The notes beneath the pieces are model-generated. The model was not told where the DNA came from. It saw only the letters and a program-made list of their open reading frames with translations, and made no database searches. Source: a virus. Taken from it: a DNA stretch of 64,000 nt. Positions within the stretch are counted from its first letter, which is position 1. Each line of letters begins with the position of its first letter. Positions 27,222 to 40,600 of the stretch are shown one piece after another. The stretch is from positions 8,360-72,359 of IMG/VR virus record IMGVR_UViG_3300017957_000012, one strand, 5' to 3'. The position numbers and the translations under genes were made by a program.

Positions 27222-28028
27222 TCATTCTGTAGCGTCAAGTGTAGTATTTGCTGGTGTTAAATCTTCTTCTGTGATTCCAGCCAATGTCATATATTCTTGA
27301 ACGAATGAAGATGAAAAATCGTGTGCATCAATTTTAGCATTAACTGCAGCTTCTGCATCAAAGCACATTTGGACTTGTCTAAAAATAAGATTAGAAATTT
27401 CTATTACTTCTTCATTAGACAATTGAATCCAAGTAACATTACCTGTTTGAGCGTCAATAGCTTTCCACGACGATGTTGGTTCTCGTAAACCAGCATTAGC
27501 AGCGACTCGTGCGTTTGACCATCGAGCTTGATCTAATTCACCCATCATAAAAACGAATTCTGTTCCATCGGACTTAGTCCAACGAACACCTAATTGCTCG
27601 TATCCCCACCTATCTGACGCAGCTTTTTCTTTATGATTGTTTATTTTATGTTCTAAATCTTTAGGTTGAACAGTTAGCTGTAACGTTTGTGTACCATCTT
27701 CTGCTTCTACGAGTGTTTGAACTAAATCTTCATTTTCTTGGTCAACGTATGGAAGTGGATCAGTCGTAAACGTTTGTGGGATGTCTATTCTCGTAGAAAG
27801 GTCTACGTTACCAGAAGGTTCGAACGCATCTAAATCAGCCCACATAGCAAATACAGTTTGCGCGTTTAAAATAATTTCTTTTTTAATTTTTTCGTCGTTC
27901 CACTCGCCGGGAGGTATACCCACTCTGAGGACTACGTTGTCTGCTCGATCAATTCCTCGGGCATATAATACCACGACGTGGTTTTCTCTTTCGTCTTCTT
28001 TAAGAATAGTGTAAGTATATTCACTCAT
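27222..28028 (-). CDS. tail fibre assembly protein (DUF4376-like C-terminal domain)
   Basis: RWGYEQLGVRW...DQARW...WKAID...WIQLSNEEV...QVQMCFDAE pattern; follows a fibre and adhesin pair. Confidence 0.6.
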   Translation of the reverse strand: MSEYTYTILKEDERENHVVVLYARGIDRADNVVLRVGIPPGEWNDEKIKKEIILNAQTVFAMWADLDAFEPSGNVDLSTRIDIPQTFTTDPLPYVDQENEDLVQTLVEAEDGTQTLQLTVQPKDLEHKINNHKEKAASDRWGYEQLGVRWTKSDGTEFVFMMGELDQARWSNARVAANAGLREPTSSWKAIDAQTGNVTWIQLSNEEVIEISNLIFRQVQMCFDAEAAVNAKIDAHDFSSSFVQEYMTLAGITEEDLTPANTTLDATE

Positions 28029-28043
28029 AATAATTAAACCCCG

Positions 28044-28682
28044 TTAAATCTGTAATATATATGTCTGTGCTGCGTACGCACGACCATAGCTTGTTCGATA
28101 TCTTTGGCTTACATTTACTGCCATGTTTGTACTTTGATAGCCATAATAAAGATAGCGATTACTGCCAGTTGAAGCATATGACCCAGTACTCGTGGCATTA
28201 GCCCAATTCGTATATGAGCCCGAAAGAAAACCAGATGACCATCCTCTTGCTTGCGCGGCCGCGAAGGCAAAAGTTCTATTTCCATAAAGATAAGACGCAC
28301 CGCGTACAGCGGCCCATCCAAGATAATATCCACCGTAGGAAATCCAACCAACTTCTGCTTGTCCTGAAAATGTAGCGCCTTGGCAAACCGGTGTAGTATA
28401 GCTTGCAAAAAATCGCGTATTATATGCACCAGGGGTGGAATAGAAAACCCCGTTGTTCTGGTTCCAACTATCCTCGCTCATACGATACTCAAAGCCACTT
28501 GCTCGAGCACCGTAAAAATTACTAAACGCTATAGTCCCACTTGTTGGAATATTCAGATTATAACCGTTAGTAGAAACAAGCCCACCGTTGCGATAGTATT
28601 CGCTAATTGAATGAGGAGTGCCACCGCCGAATTCGCCGGCTATATCTAAGAGACTTATGGCACCACTTGTTTGTAAAGGCAT
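28044..28682 (-). CDS. distal fibre adhesin (gp38-like attachment N-terminus, aromatic-rich C-terminus)
   Basis: MPLQTSGAISLLDIAGEFGG.TPHSISEYYRNGG...IPTSGTIAFSNFYGA is the common N-terminus of adhesins encoded right after S74 fibres. Confidence 0.65.
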   Translation of the reverse strand: MPLQTSGAISLLDIAGEFGGGTPHSISEYYRNGGLVSTNGYNLNIPTSGTIAFSNFYGARASGFEYRMSEDSWNQNNGVFYSTPGAYNTRFFASYTTPVCQGATFSGQAEVGWISYGGYYLGWAAVRGASYLYGNRTFAFAAAQARGWSSGFLSGSYTNWANATSTGSYASTGSNRYLYYGYQSTNMAVNVSQRYRTSYGRAYAAQTYILQI

Positions 28683-28698
28683 ATTCTACTCATACTCA

Positions 28699-31600
28699 TT
28701 AAGTGTTGTTTTTCAATTGGTCAATTTGAGCCTGCTGCTCCTTAATTGCTTCAATCAAAACACTTACCACGTTACCATACGCAACACTCTTCAACGTAGT
28801 AGCTTCATCAGTATTCACTACTTGAGGAATAATGTTTTCAACTTCCTGAGCAATGAGTCCAATCTTCTTATCAGATTCACCGATGAGATTATATTCAACA
28901 CCTCTCATAGCTAATACTTTAGTAAGAGCATTTTCAATATCAATAACATTTTCTTTCAAGCGTTCATCGGAGTTTGTAGTAATATCGTTAGTAGCGGTCA
29001 AGCTTCCAGATACATTAACTACACCATCGCTACCGCCGGTTAAATTACCTTCAACATCAAGATTACCATCGACGTCAATATTTTCAACAGTAAGCTTACT
29101 TGTCGAGGCTTGGTAGAAGAAGTTACTGACACTAGAGCCAGCTGGATTGGCACCTGTTGTAGCATAAAGCGTTCTATTACCCGAACCACCCTGTACGAAC
29201 GTTACGAATAATGCCGTAGTTTGTAGCCCGCTAGCGTAAATATTTGCTACGTCGACTGAAGAAGTTGTTCCCGTTCCTCCAGTACCCTGATTACCTTGTA
29301 CACCTTGGAAACCAATCGCACCCTGTGCACCGGGCGCTCCTGCACCAGTCGTACCCTGTGGACCTAAGAAACCCTGAAGCCCCTGTGGACCTTGGAAACC
29401 TTGTGAACCCGCTGCAGTAGAACCGTCGTAACCCTGTACACCTTGTAAGCCATCGGCTCCGGTAAATCCTTGTGGTCCTTGCGCACCCTGTGTACCTTCG
29501 CTTGCGCTACCATCTCCACCTTGTAAGCCCTGCATACCTTGCGGACCTTGGAAACCATCGAAACCTTGAACACCTTGGCTACCGTCTAGTGCTGCTTCTG
29601 CAGGACCCTGAACACCCTGGAAGCCTTGCGGACCTTGGAAACCTTGTACACCATTACCACCCGTACCTGTTGTTCCCTGAATACCGTCAAAGCCTTGAAG
29701 ACCCTGAATACCCTGTGTTCCGCCAGATCCTTGTCCAACAGTACCCTGGAAGCCTTGGAATCCTTGTATACCTTGTACACCTTGCCCACCGAGCGAACCC
29801 GATCCCTGAAGACCTTGTGGACCTTGTAAACCTTGAACACCCTGTGGACCTGTGCCGCCTGATGCAGTAATACCCTGCGGTCCTTGTAGACCTTGCATGC
29901 CCTGTAAACCTTGGACACCTTGGCCACCATTTCCGCCACTACCTGCATTACCCTGAAGACCCTGTACGCCTTGAACACCTTGAATACCTTGGGCACCACC
30001 ACTACCTTGACCGGTTGCACCGTCGTTACCCTGTATCCCTTGGACGCCTTGGTCACCAATTATACCTTGGAAACCTTGAGCACCTTGGTTACCTGCCCCG
30101 CCCGAGCCTACAAAACCTTGCGGACCCTGTGGACCTTGTAAACCTTGAACACCTTGGGTACCCGCACCCGCAGGACCCTGAATACCTGGGCCACCGTCTG
30201 TACCTTGATAACCTTGAACACCTTGAGTACCTTGTGCGCCAGCACCACCGTCGTCACCCTGTAGGCCTTGAAGACCCTGAAGACCCTGAATACCCTGCGG
30301 ACCGGCTGCTGCTGCGCCACCGTCTTGTCCTTGGATACCCTGTAGGCCTTGAAGACCCTGAACACCCTGAACACCCTGTGGGCCATCTGCACCAATGTCA
30401 CCGGTTCGAGCAAATGTAATAATAACATCGTCGCCATTTGTGAATGTTCCAGTTCCGAGTGATCCGTCAACGTAAGAAGACTGTACTCGTGTATATGACC
30501 CAGCATCTACATTACTTCCATCAATTGCGTAAAGAACAAAGTCTTCTGGCGCATTCTTTCTCGATATTCTATAATGACCTTTAATAGGACTTGTAGAATC
30601 GTCAATGGTTTGTAAGAATTGGCTAATATCGATAAAGTTGTCATCTCTATCGTGAATTGCAAGTTCATCAGCAGATGATGCAACAGCGTTATTAAGCTTG
30701 AGGTTACCAGCGGCCGGATTGGTTGCCATATCCGTACCACCCGTGGCGGGTGGCCCGACGAATGTGTAATCAAACGTTACACCACCAAATCCACCGGCCG
30801 CACCTTGGAAGCCTGGACCACCTTGCAAACCTTGAATACCTTGTGCACCTGCACCGTCATTACCTTGTAGGCCTTGAAGACCCTGAACACTTTGAACACC
30901 CTGTACACCTTGAATACCCTGCGGACCATCGTCACCATTTCGGCTAAATGTAATAAAGACGTTTGGATTAGACGTAAAGTAAGCAGCGGTCGCACCAGAT
31001 GAGGCTGCGATAAATGAACTTGTTAATACATAATTTGTTAAGCTGCTCGAGGTTCCAGTTACTGCGTAGAGTACGTAGATTGAAGGATCGTCGACCGAAA
31101 TAACTTTATAGAATGCTTTAATCGCACCAGATGCGTTAACGATATAATTCTGGAAGAATGTATCGAGATTGATACCGTTTTGCGTGGTATCACTAATTCG
31201 CATTTCAGTTGCAGAAGAAAGCGTGCCGTTATTAAACTTCAATTCACCAGAAGGTACAATGCCTGTTCCGGTATCAGAGTTAAAGTCGTAGCTAAATGTT
31301 ACGCCACCGGCTACACCTGCAAAACCCTGTGCTCCAGTAAATCCTTGAACGCCTTGTACACCTTGGACACCCTGATCACCCTTTGGAATAAAGTTGATGA
31401 TCGTTGAGTCACCATATACTGCTGCAGCTCCAGATTGCCATGAAGTGCCTGGGTTGGCGTCAGTCCCACCTAGTAGACCACTGGCCACCCAAGAAATATC
31501 AAAGTGACCCCAATCTTTTCCTGTGCCAGTTGTGCTCCACGTCCAATTAGTAAATTGATAAATGACAAATTCGTATGAATCGTCTGTCGGATCTTTTGGA

Positions 31601-34146
31601 GTTCTAATAAAGATTTGACCTTCACCGACAGTATCTAAATAATCGAACAACCCATCTACACGACGATCAGTTTCCGTAAGATCGTCAACGTATAATTCTG
31701 TTGCCTGAGTAACGTCAGTATTATTGAGCAACCAACTGTTAAGGCCTGGGAAGTTGGTTGCAGCACCTCCTGCAACACCAGTACTGCTATTAAATTCCCA
31801 TCTAAATGTTAAGCCACCACTGAATCCAAGTAGACCCTGTGGTCCTTGAATGCCCTGTAAACCTTGATGACCTTGTAAACCTTGGACACCTTGTCTACCT
31901 TGCAACCCTTGAATACCTTGATCACCTTGTACACCTTGGGCACCACCAATACCTTGAACGCCCGGATCACCTGTTCTTACGAACGTGATTCTAATATCTG
32001 CGTTATTCGTGAACGATGTTGCACCTGCAATATGGTTTACATCAAATGTATGATAACCAGTTGAGTCTACAATTTCCGTATAATTAAATGTAGCGAAATT
32101 AGTAATGTCGGCCGCATCAATAATTCTGAGAAGACCTTTTACACCACTTGCGTTAATGTCTAACTCTGTAAAGAGCGGAGAAAGATCATTTCCTGCATCA
32201 TCAAGGTCGTCGATGTACATCTTAGTTGCTGAGCCAAAGGCAGCATTATCGAATCTTAAAATACCTTGGCCGGGATCGGCTGCTGATGTACTTGTGTCGA
32301 ATGTATAGTCAAAGGTAAGGCCGCCGAAATCACCGACAGCACCTTGAAGGCCTTGCGTACCTTGAGGGCCCTGTACGCCTTGTACACCTTGAATACCCTG
32401 TCTGCCTTGAAGTCCTTGAACACCCTGGAAGCCTTGCGTACCTTGAGGGCCTTGGAAACCTTGCGCACCTTGTAGACCTTGAGCTCCTTGGATACCTGTA
32501 AAGCCTTGGAAGCCTTGGGTACCTTGAATACCTTGGTCACCAGTTCGGCTAAACGTAACAATAACTCGTGGGCTACCAGAATAAACGAGAGGTGTTCCTG
32601 TACCAACAAGGTGAGATACATCAATTTGTAACCAACCACCGTTATCAGTAACATCGGTAATTTGGAAAAGCTCGTACTTAGTAATATCACTTACTTGAGT
32701 AACTCTAATATAACCTTTCGAACTACCTGAAACAGAACCAAAGGATGCGATATAATCTGAAATATCAGTCGATGCACCTGCTTCAATAGCGTCAATATAA
32801 ATCTCTGAAGTGTTTGATATTGTCGTATTATCATTAAACGCTATTGTTCCAAGGCCCGGATCTGCTTGCGCGGTAGAAGTTGTGTAATCATATTCAAAAG
32901 TTACACCACCATAAGAACCCGTTCTACCTTGGATACCGGTGAATCCTTGTAATCCCTGCACACCTTGAGGGCCCTGTACGCCTTGTACACCTTGGATTCC
33001 TTGTGGGCCTTGGAAGCCTTGGGTACCTTGGGCGGCTTGGGGACCTTGAATACCTTGCGCACCACCTTGGCTAAATGTGACGATACAATTTGGATCTGCA
33101 ATAAGATCTGCCGATACAGCAGAACCTGCTACGTATGTTACGTCAAATGTAAACCAACCAGTGTTGTCGGTAATTTCAGTAACATCATAGAGTAAGAATT
33201 TGGTAGGATCACCAATGATGGTGATTCGCATATATGCTTTTGATCCACCGATAACATTATCAAGTGAATTAAAGAAAGCTGAGATGTCAGTACCAGAAGG
33301 TCCTGCTACATCATCGATATAAAGCTGAGTGGAGAGCGCTGCGTCTCCATTGTTATACTTAAAGTTTTGGTTGCCAGGATCTGATGCTGTTGAGTTATTA
33401 ACAAAAGCGTACTCAAATGTTACACCACCATACGAACCAGCATAACCTTGAATACCATCATAGCCTTGAATACCTTGCACGCCCTGTGCGGCTTGAGGAC
33501 CTTGAATGCCCTGTACACCTTGAACGCCTTGAATACCTTGTACACCCTGCGCGGCCTGAGGACCCTGTGTACCTTGCATTCCTTGGAAGCCCAAATCACC
33601 CTGTACGCCTTGAATTCCTTGCGGGCCTTGATGACCTTGGAAACCTCTATAACCGCGAGATCCCTGAATACCCTCTTGACCAAGCGTACCCTGTAGACCC
33701 TGAATTCCTTGGTTACCTTGGAAACCCTGTACACCACGGAAGGAACCAATATTAATCCAATTCGTACCGTCCCAAATCCAAAGCTCATCGTCGGCTTCGT
33801 CAATAACACCGTCACCAATGTTTGGTGTAGGGAATGCGGCAGTGAGTGTGGCTTGAGGATCGCCTCCGGCGTCTACATCAGGTACTGATCCAATAATTGT
33901 GAAGCCTGGACCATAGTCACCTTGTAAACCCTGAACACCTTGGGATCCTTGAAATCCCGTAGTACCTTGCGGACCAGCACCAACGTCGACCCATTGCGTT
34001 CCATCTGAAAGTTTGATCGTCCCATTTTCTGCATAGACAATCGCACCTTCAAAAGGAGCCGGGTCCAATTGAATAGGAAATTCCTGTGGTATACCCTGTC
34101 CAAGTGTAATCGTCTTGGACCCGATAGATCTAAATCTAGTCGACAT
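28699..34146 (-). CDS. collagen-like (Gly-X-Gln) fibre with six globular inserts and C-terminal S74 chaperone
   Basis: Long (QGx)n tracts; six GG(V/L)TF...TFxRxGD domains; ends [20 protein letters not shown]...IGLIAQEVE...SVAYGN. Confidence 0.85.
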   Translation of the reverse strand: MSTRFRSIGSKTITLGQGIPQEFPIQLDPAPFEGAIVYAENGTIKLSDGTQWVDVGAGPQGTTGFQGSQGVQGLQGDYGPGFTIIGSVPDVDAGGDPQATLTAAFPTPNIGDGVIDEADDELWIWDGTNWINIGSFRGVQGFQGNQGIQGLQGTLGQEGIQGSRGYRGFQGHQGPQGIQGVQGDLGFQGMQGTQGPQAAQGVQGIQGVQGVQGIQGPQAAQGVQGIQGYDGIQGYAGSYGGVTFEYAFVNNSTASDPGNQNFKYNNGDAALSTQLYIDDVAGPSGTDISAFFNSLDNVIGGSKAYMRITIIGDPTKFLLYDVTEITDNTGWFTFDVTYVAGSAVSADLIADPNCIVTFSQGGAQGIQGPQAAQGTQGFQGPQGIQGVQGVQGPQGVQGLQGFTGIQGRTGSYGGVTFEYDYTTSTAQADPGLGTIAFNDNTTISNTSEIYIDAIEAGASTDISDYIASFGSVSGSSKGYIRVTQVSDITKYELFQITDVTDNGGWLQIDVSHLVGTGTPLVYSGSPRVIVTFSRTGDQGIQGTQGFQGFTGIQGAQGLQGAQGFQGPQGTQGFQGVQGLQGRQGIQGVQGVQGPQGTQGLQGAVGDFGGLTFDYTFDTSTSAADPGQGILRFDNAAFGSATKMYIDDLDDAGNDLSPLFTELDINASGVKGLLRIIDAADITNFATFNYTEIVDSTGYHTFDVNHIAGATSFTNNADIRITFVRTGDPGVQGIGGAQGVQGDQGIQGLQGRQGVQGLQGHQGLQGIQGPQGLLGFSGGLTFRWEFNSSTGVAGGAATNFPGLNSWLLNNTDVTQATELYVDDLTETDRRVDGLFDYLDTVGEGQIFIRTPKDPTDDSYEFVIYQFTNWTWSTTGTGKDWGHFDISWVASGLLGGTDANPGTSWQSGAAAVYGDSTIINFIPKGDQGVQGVQGVQGFTGAQGFAGVAGGVTFSYDFNSDTGTGIVPSGELKFNNGTLSSATEMRISDTTQNGINLDTFFQNYIVNASGAIKAFYKVISVDDPSIYVLYAVTGTSSSLTNYVLTSSFIAASSGATAAYFTSNPNVFITFSRNGDDGPQGIQGVQGVQSVQGLQGLQGNDGAGAQGIQGLQGGPGFQGAAGGFGGVTFDYTFVGPPATGGTDMATNPAAGNLKLNNAVASSADELAIHDRDDNFIDISQFLQTIDDSTSPIKGHYRISRKNAPEDFVLYAIDGSNVDAGSYTRVQSSYVDGSLGTGTFTNGDDVIITFARTGDIGADGPQGVQGVQGLQGLQGIQGQDGGAAAAGPQGIQGLQGLQGLQGDDGGAGAQGTQGVQGYQGTDGGPGIQGPAGAGTQGVQGLQGPQGPQGFVGSGGAGNQGAQGFQGIIGDQGVQGIQGNDGATGQGSGGAQGIQGVQGVQGLQGNAGSGGNGGQGVQGLQGMQGLQGPQGITASGGTGPQGVQGLQGPQGLQGSGSLGGQGVQGIQGFQGFQGTVGQGSGGTQGIQGLQGFDGIQGTTGTGGNGVQGFQGPQGFQGVQGPAEAALDGSQGVQGFDGFQGPQGMQGLQGGDGSASEGTQGAQGPQGFTGADGLQGVQGYDGSTAAGSQGFQGPQGLQGFLGPQGTTGAGAPGAQGAIGFQGVQGNQGTGGTGTTSSVDVANIYASGLQTTALFVTFVQGGSGNRTLYATTGANPAGSSVSNFFYQASTSKLTVENIDVDGNLDVEGNLTGGSDGVVNVSGSLTATNDITTNSDERLKENVIDIENALTKVLAMRGVEYNLIGESDKKIGLIAQEVENIIPQVVNTDEATTLKSVAYGNVVSVLIEAIKEQQAQIDQLKNNT

Positions 34147-34591
34147 CGTACTCTTCCGCCTGACCTAATGTGAATGATAAAGTAGCGTCAAGTGATAAAT
34201 CTGCGCCAGCCTTAGCTTCTAAAGTATCCCCAGAAGCAAAGAACTGACCATTAAGCGGGATCGGAATAGTATCATAGGCTGGTACTCTTAAGTTTCTTAC
34301 TAAATAAAATTCTAAATTTTCTACGAAACGATATGCTTTCACATCGAGTGTTACAGTGTTTGCAGTTTTGTTAGAAACAATCAAAGGAGAAATAACTTCT
34401 CCAATGCCCGGCTCAATCGTAGTTGAACCACCGAACACAAGTTCTGGTACTTCAAATTTCGGAACATTAATTAGTTCTTGCCAGTTCGTAGACAATTCTA
34501 AGTTTTTTCCAACGGGCAACGCATCAGGGGCCTGAGTCGTTACAATAACTGTAATCCCCGTATTAGCTTCAGTGTAACTTGTGTATGACAT
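34136..34591 (-). CDS. hypothetical virion structural/adaptor protein
   Basis: 151-aa beta-rich ORF (LIVSNKTANTVTLDV...FFASGDTLEAKA) between the giant protein and the collagen fibre, overlapping the collagen gene's start. Confidence 0.55.
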   Translation of the reverse strand: MSYTSYTEANTGITVIVTTQAPDALPVGKNLELSTNWQELINVPKFEVPELVFGGSTTIEPGIGEVISPLIVSNKTANTVTLDVKAYRFVENLEFYLVRNLRVPAYDTIPIPLNGQFFASGDTLEAKAGADLSLDATLSFTLGQAEEYDVD

Positions 34592-34596
34592 GTCTT

Positions 34597-34604
34597 TATT
34601 TATC
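34597..34604 (-). promoter_or_regulatory. possible late promoter (GATAAATA)
   Basis: Only 5 nt upstream of ATG 34591. Confidence 0.4.
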
Positions 34605-34606
34605 CT

Positions 34607-37600
34607 TTAAATGCTAGCTCTACTATTAGAAGCTCGTCTTGCAAGTTTTCTTACTGATGAAGTAAATGGTCGACCCTCGATTCTTCCTGTTCTACCATTA
34701 ATTCTCAAACCTCGTGCAAAGTATTGGTTATTCAATTCATCGGCACCAGACCATCTTACCCTACCACCGTCTTCACTGAGTACCGAGGCCAACGCTGAAA
34801 TTGGAAGACCAAGGTTTCTAAAGTTAAGTGGCAATGCGTTTCTGTTAACACCTGCCGATGCACCATTAAACTGGTGAGCAATCGATTCAACAAGAGATCC
34901 GAACACAAGCGTTTCAGGTCTCATTACGTTGTCAATCAATCCCCAGTTAATCAGGGCTTTGACCATATCTCTATGATCATTATCTGGTGCAAGAGTAACG
35001 AGATAATCTCTCATCTTCGCCCAAGCTTGTACAAACGAGTTCAACAAATCAACATTGTTTGGACCATCGTTTATCCATGTTGCACCATTCCAATAATATA
35101 CATCCCCTGCGTAGTTACCTCTTACGTCTCCGGTAAATACTCCTGAAGTGTTGGCCATCGCATTATTTATGTCAGTAGCAACAATATATGCGTGGTTCTT
35201 CTTCACTGCAAGATCACCTGTTCTACTTTGAATCTCAGCCAATGCAGTCGTGTTATTTGAAACACTACCCATGTACTTCAGTCCAGTTGTTGTAGGATTA
35301 AAGACTGGGAATACATGCTGTCCATCAAAGTCAAAGAGCGCGGCAGTATAAGCTCGAGTTCTTTGTCTGTCCCCGTTATTCTGGTAATTATCACTAAGTG
35401 GTGGACCAGCCGGGTTAACGGTGCTAAAGTCTTGTCTAATTGCCTTCAGTAAGTTGAGACCATCTCTTCTCGTTAGATTAATGTCGATGTACTGATAAGT
35501 AGCATTGACAAATCTCACTGTATCAAAGGCGAGATCAATCTTATTGAACTCAAGTATAGAACTTACGTCTTTAACAACATCAGGTATCCAAGTATAATCA
35601 GGTTCCTCTATCGCAGGTAAGTATGTTGTATCATTATTTATCTGAGTAAGATAGAAGATATTTGCCAAATCTTCAACTTTATTTGCTTCGACTTCTGTAC
35701 CCGTGCCACTCTTCACCATTTGGCCAGGATATCTGCCAAGAACGATGTCTTTACAAATGCGACCAAGATGCTGATAAGATCTTGCAGTAGGAACACGCTG
35801 ATCTTCAGGAATGCGATAGATTTCGTTCCAGAAGTAGAAGTCTGCGTTCCATCTTGATGCTGTATTACCACCATAGTTAAGGTCATAACTAAATGCATCA
35901 AGGAGATAACCCGTATCTCTGCGACACTTATCTTTGTTGTAATCGAGTACATCAAACTCTCTATGCAAGAAGTGAATAAGATCTTGAGCTAATTCTTGCT
36001 TATTATCTTCGATCATCTCGGCTGTAGCAATAAGATCTGCTGCTATCCAAGATGTATCCGGCTCTTCAAGGACTGGTAGGCCATTTAGAGAATCATTTCT
36101 AATTACACTTTCAATAATTCCAGTTAAGCTTTGAGCCGAAGCACCTTCGGTTGCCGTAGCAGCAGTTCCAGCAATAACTTGTCTTGTGTCTGTATAACTT
36201 GTGTTAGCTGCTGCTACATCAATTTGCTGTACGACATCGCTCATTCGAGCGCCAAGGAAATTGTAAATGTCTGCTGTTTGTGTTCTCGTGTCAGCAGGAA
36301 GTACGCTAATTCCATTTTCGAAGTAAATGCCGGCTGCTATGCGAGTAGCATAGTTACCACCGTATTGTACGTCGTGTGAAACGGCATCGATAAGGTAACC
36401 AACGTCTCTTCTGCACTTACCTCTTGGGAAGCTCAATCCATTATAGGTTGTAGAGATGAAGCTAATTACTTGATCTGCTAAGTTTTCTGAAGCATTTTCA
36501 ATCAAGTTAATAGAGTCTTTATAAACGTCTAGTATCCAATCAGTCTCTGGCATTACCATCGCAGGAATTGAAGTAGTTTCAGGTGTCGCATCATCTACTG
36601 CATTAGCGACAATCTTAACGAGATCTTCTACTCTCATACCAGTCATTGGGTTAGCAGCCACTTCAGCAAAGTCTTGAGTGCGTGTATTACCAACTGTTGG
36701 AGTAACAACCATTTCTCGAGTAATGTGATTCATTACTTTACCCAAATGCAAGAATGCTTTGTTTGCTGGCTGTCTTTGATTGAGAGGTAGACCAACGTTT
36801 ACACCGTTTTGGAAGTAATTATAAGCTGCATTAACTGTAGCTGCATTACCGCCATACTGAATGTCGTGCATTACAGCATCGACGATATAACCAGTATCTC
36901 TTCTACACTTAGTCTCGTCATAAGAAAGTGTATTGAAGTATGTAGAGAGATGACCGAGTACACCATTTTGAATAGTTGGTTTCGTTGTTTCGAGTGCAGT
37001 ATATGCACCTTGGAAAGCAGTCCCGTAAGAAGAAACAGTAGGCTCTTCAATTACTGGCAATCCATCGATACCATTTTCACCAATTGCTTCTGCAACAATA
37101 AGCATCAGTTGCTCTACGACTGCAGAGATACTGTTGCCGGCTGAAGCAGCCGAAGTATCTTGAGATTCTCCGTTTCCTGATGTTGGACTAACGGGATCGC
37201 CATTAGCAATCAATTCTGCTACTGAAGCAAGATGAGTAAATGCTGCTGCTGTTGGCTCTCGCTGATTTTCTGGAAGTACGCTGAGTGCATTCTCGAAGTA
37301 AAGAATCGCGTTGTTTCTTGATGCAGTGTTACCACCATGCTGAGCGTCAAATGATACTGAATCAACAAGATAACCTACGTCTCTCTCGCACTTAGCTACA
37401 TCATAGCTCAGTGAAGGTCTGTTGAGAGCAATCCATGCAGTCATTTCTTTTTGCAAGAATACTTTGTTATTCTGAAGCTGTGCTCGAGCATTGATTCTTT
37501 GAGCACTCACTGCATCAGTACCGAATGACATAGTATTGGCGTTTGCGTAATCTTCTGTGCCACCCATGATATTAATGATAGTATCAAAGGCCGCATTAAC

Positions 37601-40600
37601 TCTTTGGTTTGCAGCGTCGTCTGTTACAGCGTTAGAAGCTTGTAACTTAGCATACTCGACTGCAGAGATTGTTTCTGTTAATTGCTCATTAATAACTGCA
37701 TCGGCACCTACCGTTCCAATTCGATATGCTCGACCATTGAAGTTTGCGTTGAAATTAGATCCAGTTAATACATCTCTCTTTACAGCATCAACGAGCAATC
37801 CAACATCTCGCTTACACTTATCTCCGTCGAAAGTATAGAATTCGTCATTAAGATAAGCAACGACTTCGTCGACAATAAACTCTTTATTGCGCTGGATTTG
37901 CTTACGTGCCACTGTTCTATTTGGATCTGCGACTGGCTTGACCTCTGTTGTAGTCAAGTTATCGAGATCATTATCATCAACAACACCTGAGATGACATTG
38001 AACAAATCTCTTACCGCGGCAGCTGTTGTAGAATCAGCGGCTGTATTATCAAAGTTTTGATATGGACCAGTGCTAATTGAATCAGCGTCTGCAGAAACAA
38101 ATGTATGCACAGCCTGACCTGAACCACCATCTCCAACATTCATTGTAATTTCAGTAGCCGTTACTGCTGTAATTGTAACCGCCTGATCATAGTAAGGATG
38201 GTGTGCCTGGGGTGATGTATGGTTTGTAGGACCGCTACCCATATCACACTGGAACGTAAATCCATTAGGCTTGAGCCAAACTTTACCACCAACTTGGAAT
38301 GAGTGTGCACCAATCGTAGCAGTAAACACTCCAGTCGCTGGATCGTATGTTGCATTAGTTGGACTATATGTTGTATACGTAGTTGCGTATGGAGTTTCTT
38401 GTACAACACTTTGGGCGACTGTAGCTAAGTGCTCAAACGCTCTCTTAGTTGGTACACGTTGCTCGATTGGTAAGATATTAGTTGCTTCTCTTAAACCAGA
38501 GACCGCGGCCAAATCGTCAAGTACTGAGAATTGACCTGTAACTGGTACACTGAGAACATTGCGTGTTCTCAATTCTTCGTAAGAAGAAGCTAATCTTTCG
38601 TCGACAGTGAAGTAGTACTTGGCTGCTTCAATTGTCGAAGCGTTGCCACCATACTCAATATCCTTAGAAACCGCATCAGTAATGAGACCAACATCCCTGA
38701 AGCACTTGTCTTTATTATATGGAAGACCATTATGGAATTCTCTCAAGTACTTAATTACACCACCCTGCAGTGATTCTGTGATGCCGTCGATCTTATTAGA
38801 AGCGTCGAGTGTTGCAGCCGTAGTGTATCCTGGCTCAATATATGTTGGCAACCAATCAAGAGTATCTTCTCGAATAACTTTAGAAACAACTTCGATAAGG
38901 TCGTGTGTTCTAATCGAGTTAATATCTCCAGCGTCTGGGTTTGTCGTATCTTGTGCTTCTGCGTTACCAGTCGTTGGTGTAACTGCTTGTGCTCTTACGA
39001 TAAGAGCTACTACATTAGCAAGGTGCTCCCAAGCTTCTGCAGTTTTAATTTTTTGATCTGCAGGTAATACGCTAACACCTTCATTAAAGTAAAGTCTTGC
39101 GAAGTTAACTACACCAGCATTTGATCTATGTGCAATATCCCAAGAAAGTGCATCAATTAAATAGCCCGTATCTCTGCGGCACTTAGCAGCGTCATATGAA
39201 AGATTCGGGAAGTTTTGTGTAATGTAAGCAATAACTTCTTCTTGTAAGAATGTCTTGTTAGCTTGCAAGTGAAGTTGAGCGTTACCAGCATCTGCACCAG
39301 CAGTTGCTGTCCCGTAATTAATTGCGTTAGCTGCACCGGTTCCATTCGTGAGAATATCAATAATTTCGTTAAACGATGCATTAGAAGCTGCAAGCTCAGT
39401 GCCATCGAGTCGATTAGCTACTTCATCTCTGATGTATCCAATCGCTGCAGCAGTTTGAGTCAATTGATCAGAGATAACATAGTTGCCACTAGCTGTGCCG
39501 GCTCGATAAGCGAGGCCAGAGTAAATGGCGTTATAATTCGATCCTGTTGCAACGTCTCTTCTGACAGCTTCAAGAATAAATCCTGTATCTCTTGAACACT
39601 TATCACCATCGAATACGAAGTATTGGCTATCGAGATAGTGCATAACTTCTTCTTGCAAGAACGTTCTATTTGCTTGCAATTGCTCTCGAGCCCGTTGGCC
39701 GTGTGAGTTATATGTTGTTTTCGCTACGGCCTGGTTAATGCATCTTACAAATGTGTGTGCACCACCGCCGCCGATACCAGAGTTAACTGTAATGTCGTCG
39801 CCGGCAACGTTAGTTACTTCCATTGGTGCATTAAAGTTTGCATCACCTCTTCTTGGATATGAGTGCTCTGTAGCATTACCATCCTGAGCGCATGTAAACG
39901 TAAAGCTATAAGGTGCAAATTCAATCCAATCTCCAACAACAATGTCGTGATTTGGAATTGTAATTACACTTACACCGTTAACTGGATTATAAGTTGCAGT
40001 CGATGGAGTGTAGTACTTCAGAATGCGTGATGGGTCTGTCCAAATAGTCGGATCAGATTCAATTGCACCTACATCGGCACTTACAAATGTATGAGCACCA
40101 CCAGTCGACGCACCAACATTCATCGTAATTGAAGTTGAAGTAACGGCAGTAATCCGTACTGGTGCGTTATAGAATGGGTGGTGACTTTCTGGAACAGCGT
40201 GATTCGTTGAGTTTCCATCGAGAGTACATGAGAATACAATACTCTCAGGTTTGAATTGAACGTAATCACCTTCGGCCAAGTTATGTCGACCGATCGTAGC
40301 TTCAAATACTCCAGTTGCAGGATCGTATGTTGCTGTACTTGGAGTGTAAGAACTAATGTAAGTACCAGATTTCACACTGTCCGGATTTGCGCTTACAAAT
40401 GTATGTGCAGTACCATTCTCGTATCCACCCACATTAACTGTAATCGTAGTTGATGTAGTGGAGTTAATTGTAATTGGCGTTCTATATGCAGGATGCTGTC
40501 TTTCACCTTCGATGGCATCTGCAAGAGCCGATACAAACGTATGAGTTCCGCCGCCATTTATTGCAGCACCTACATTACAAGTAATAGTTGTCGATGTGAC

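Noticed and set aside
21072-28682. Diversity-generating retroelement acting on adhesin or tip genes (Mtd-N-like domains present)
   Set aside because: No reverse transcriptase and no template/variable repeat pair differing only at adenines was seen; a remote DGR cannot be excluded from this window.
29364-33818. Repetitive KVFKV / LEHL / TLNTL ORFs
   Set aside because: Alternate-frame readings of the CAAGGT collagen codon repeat.
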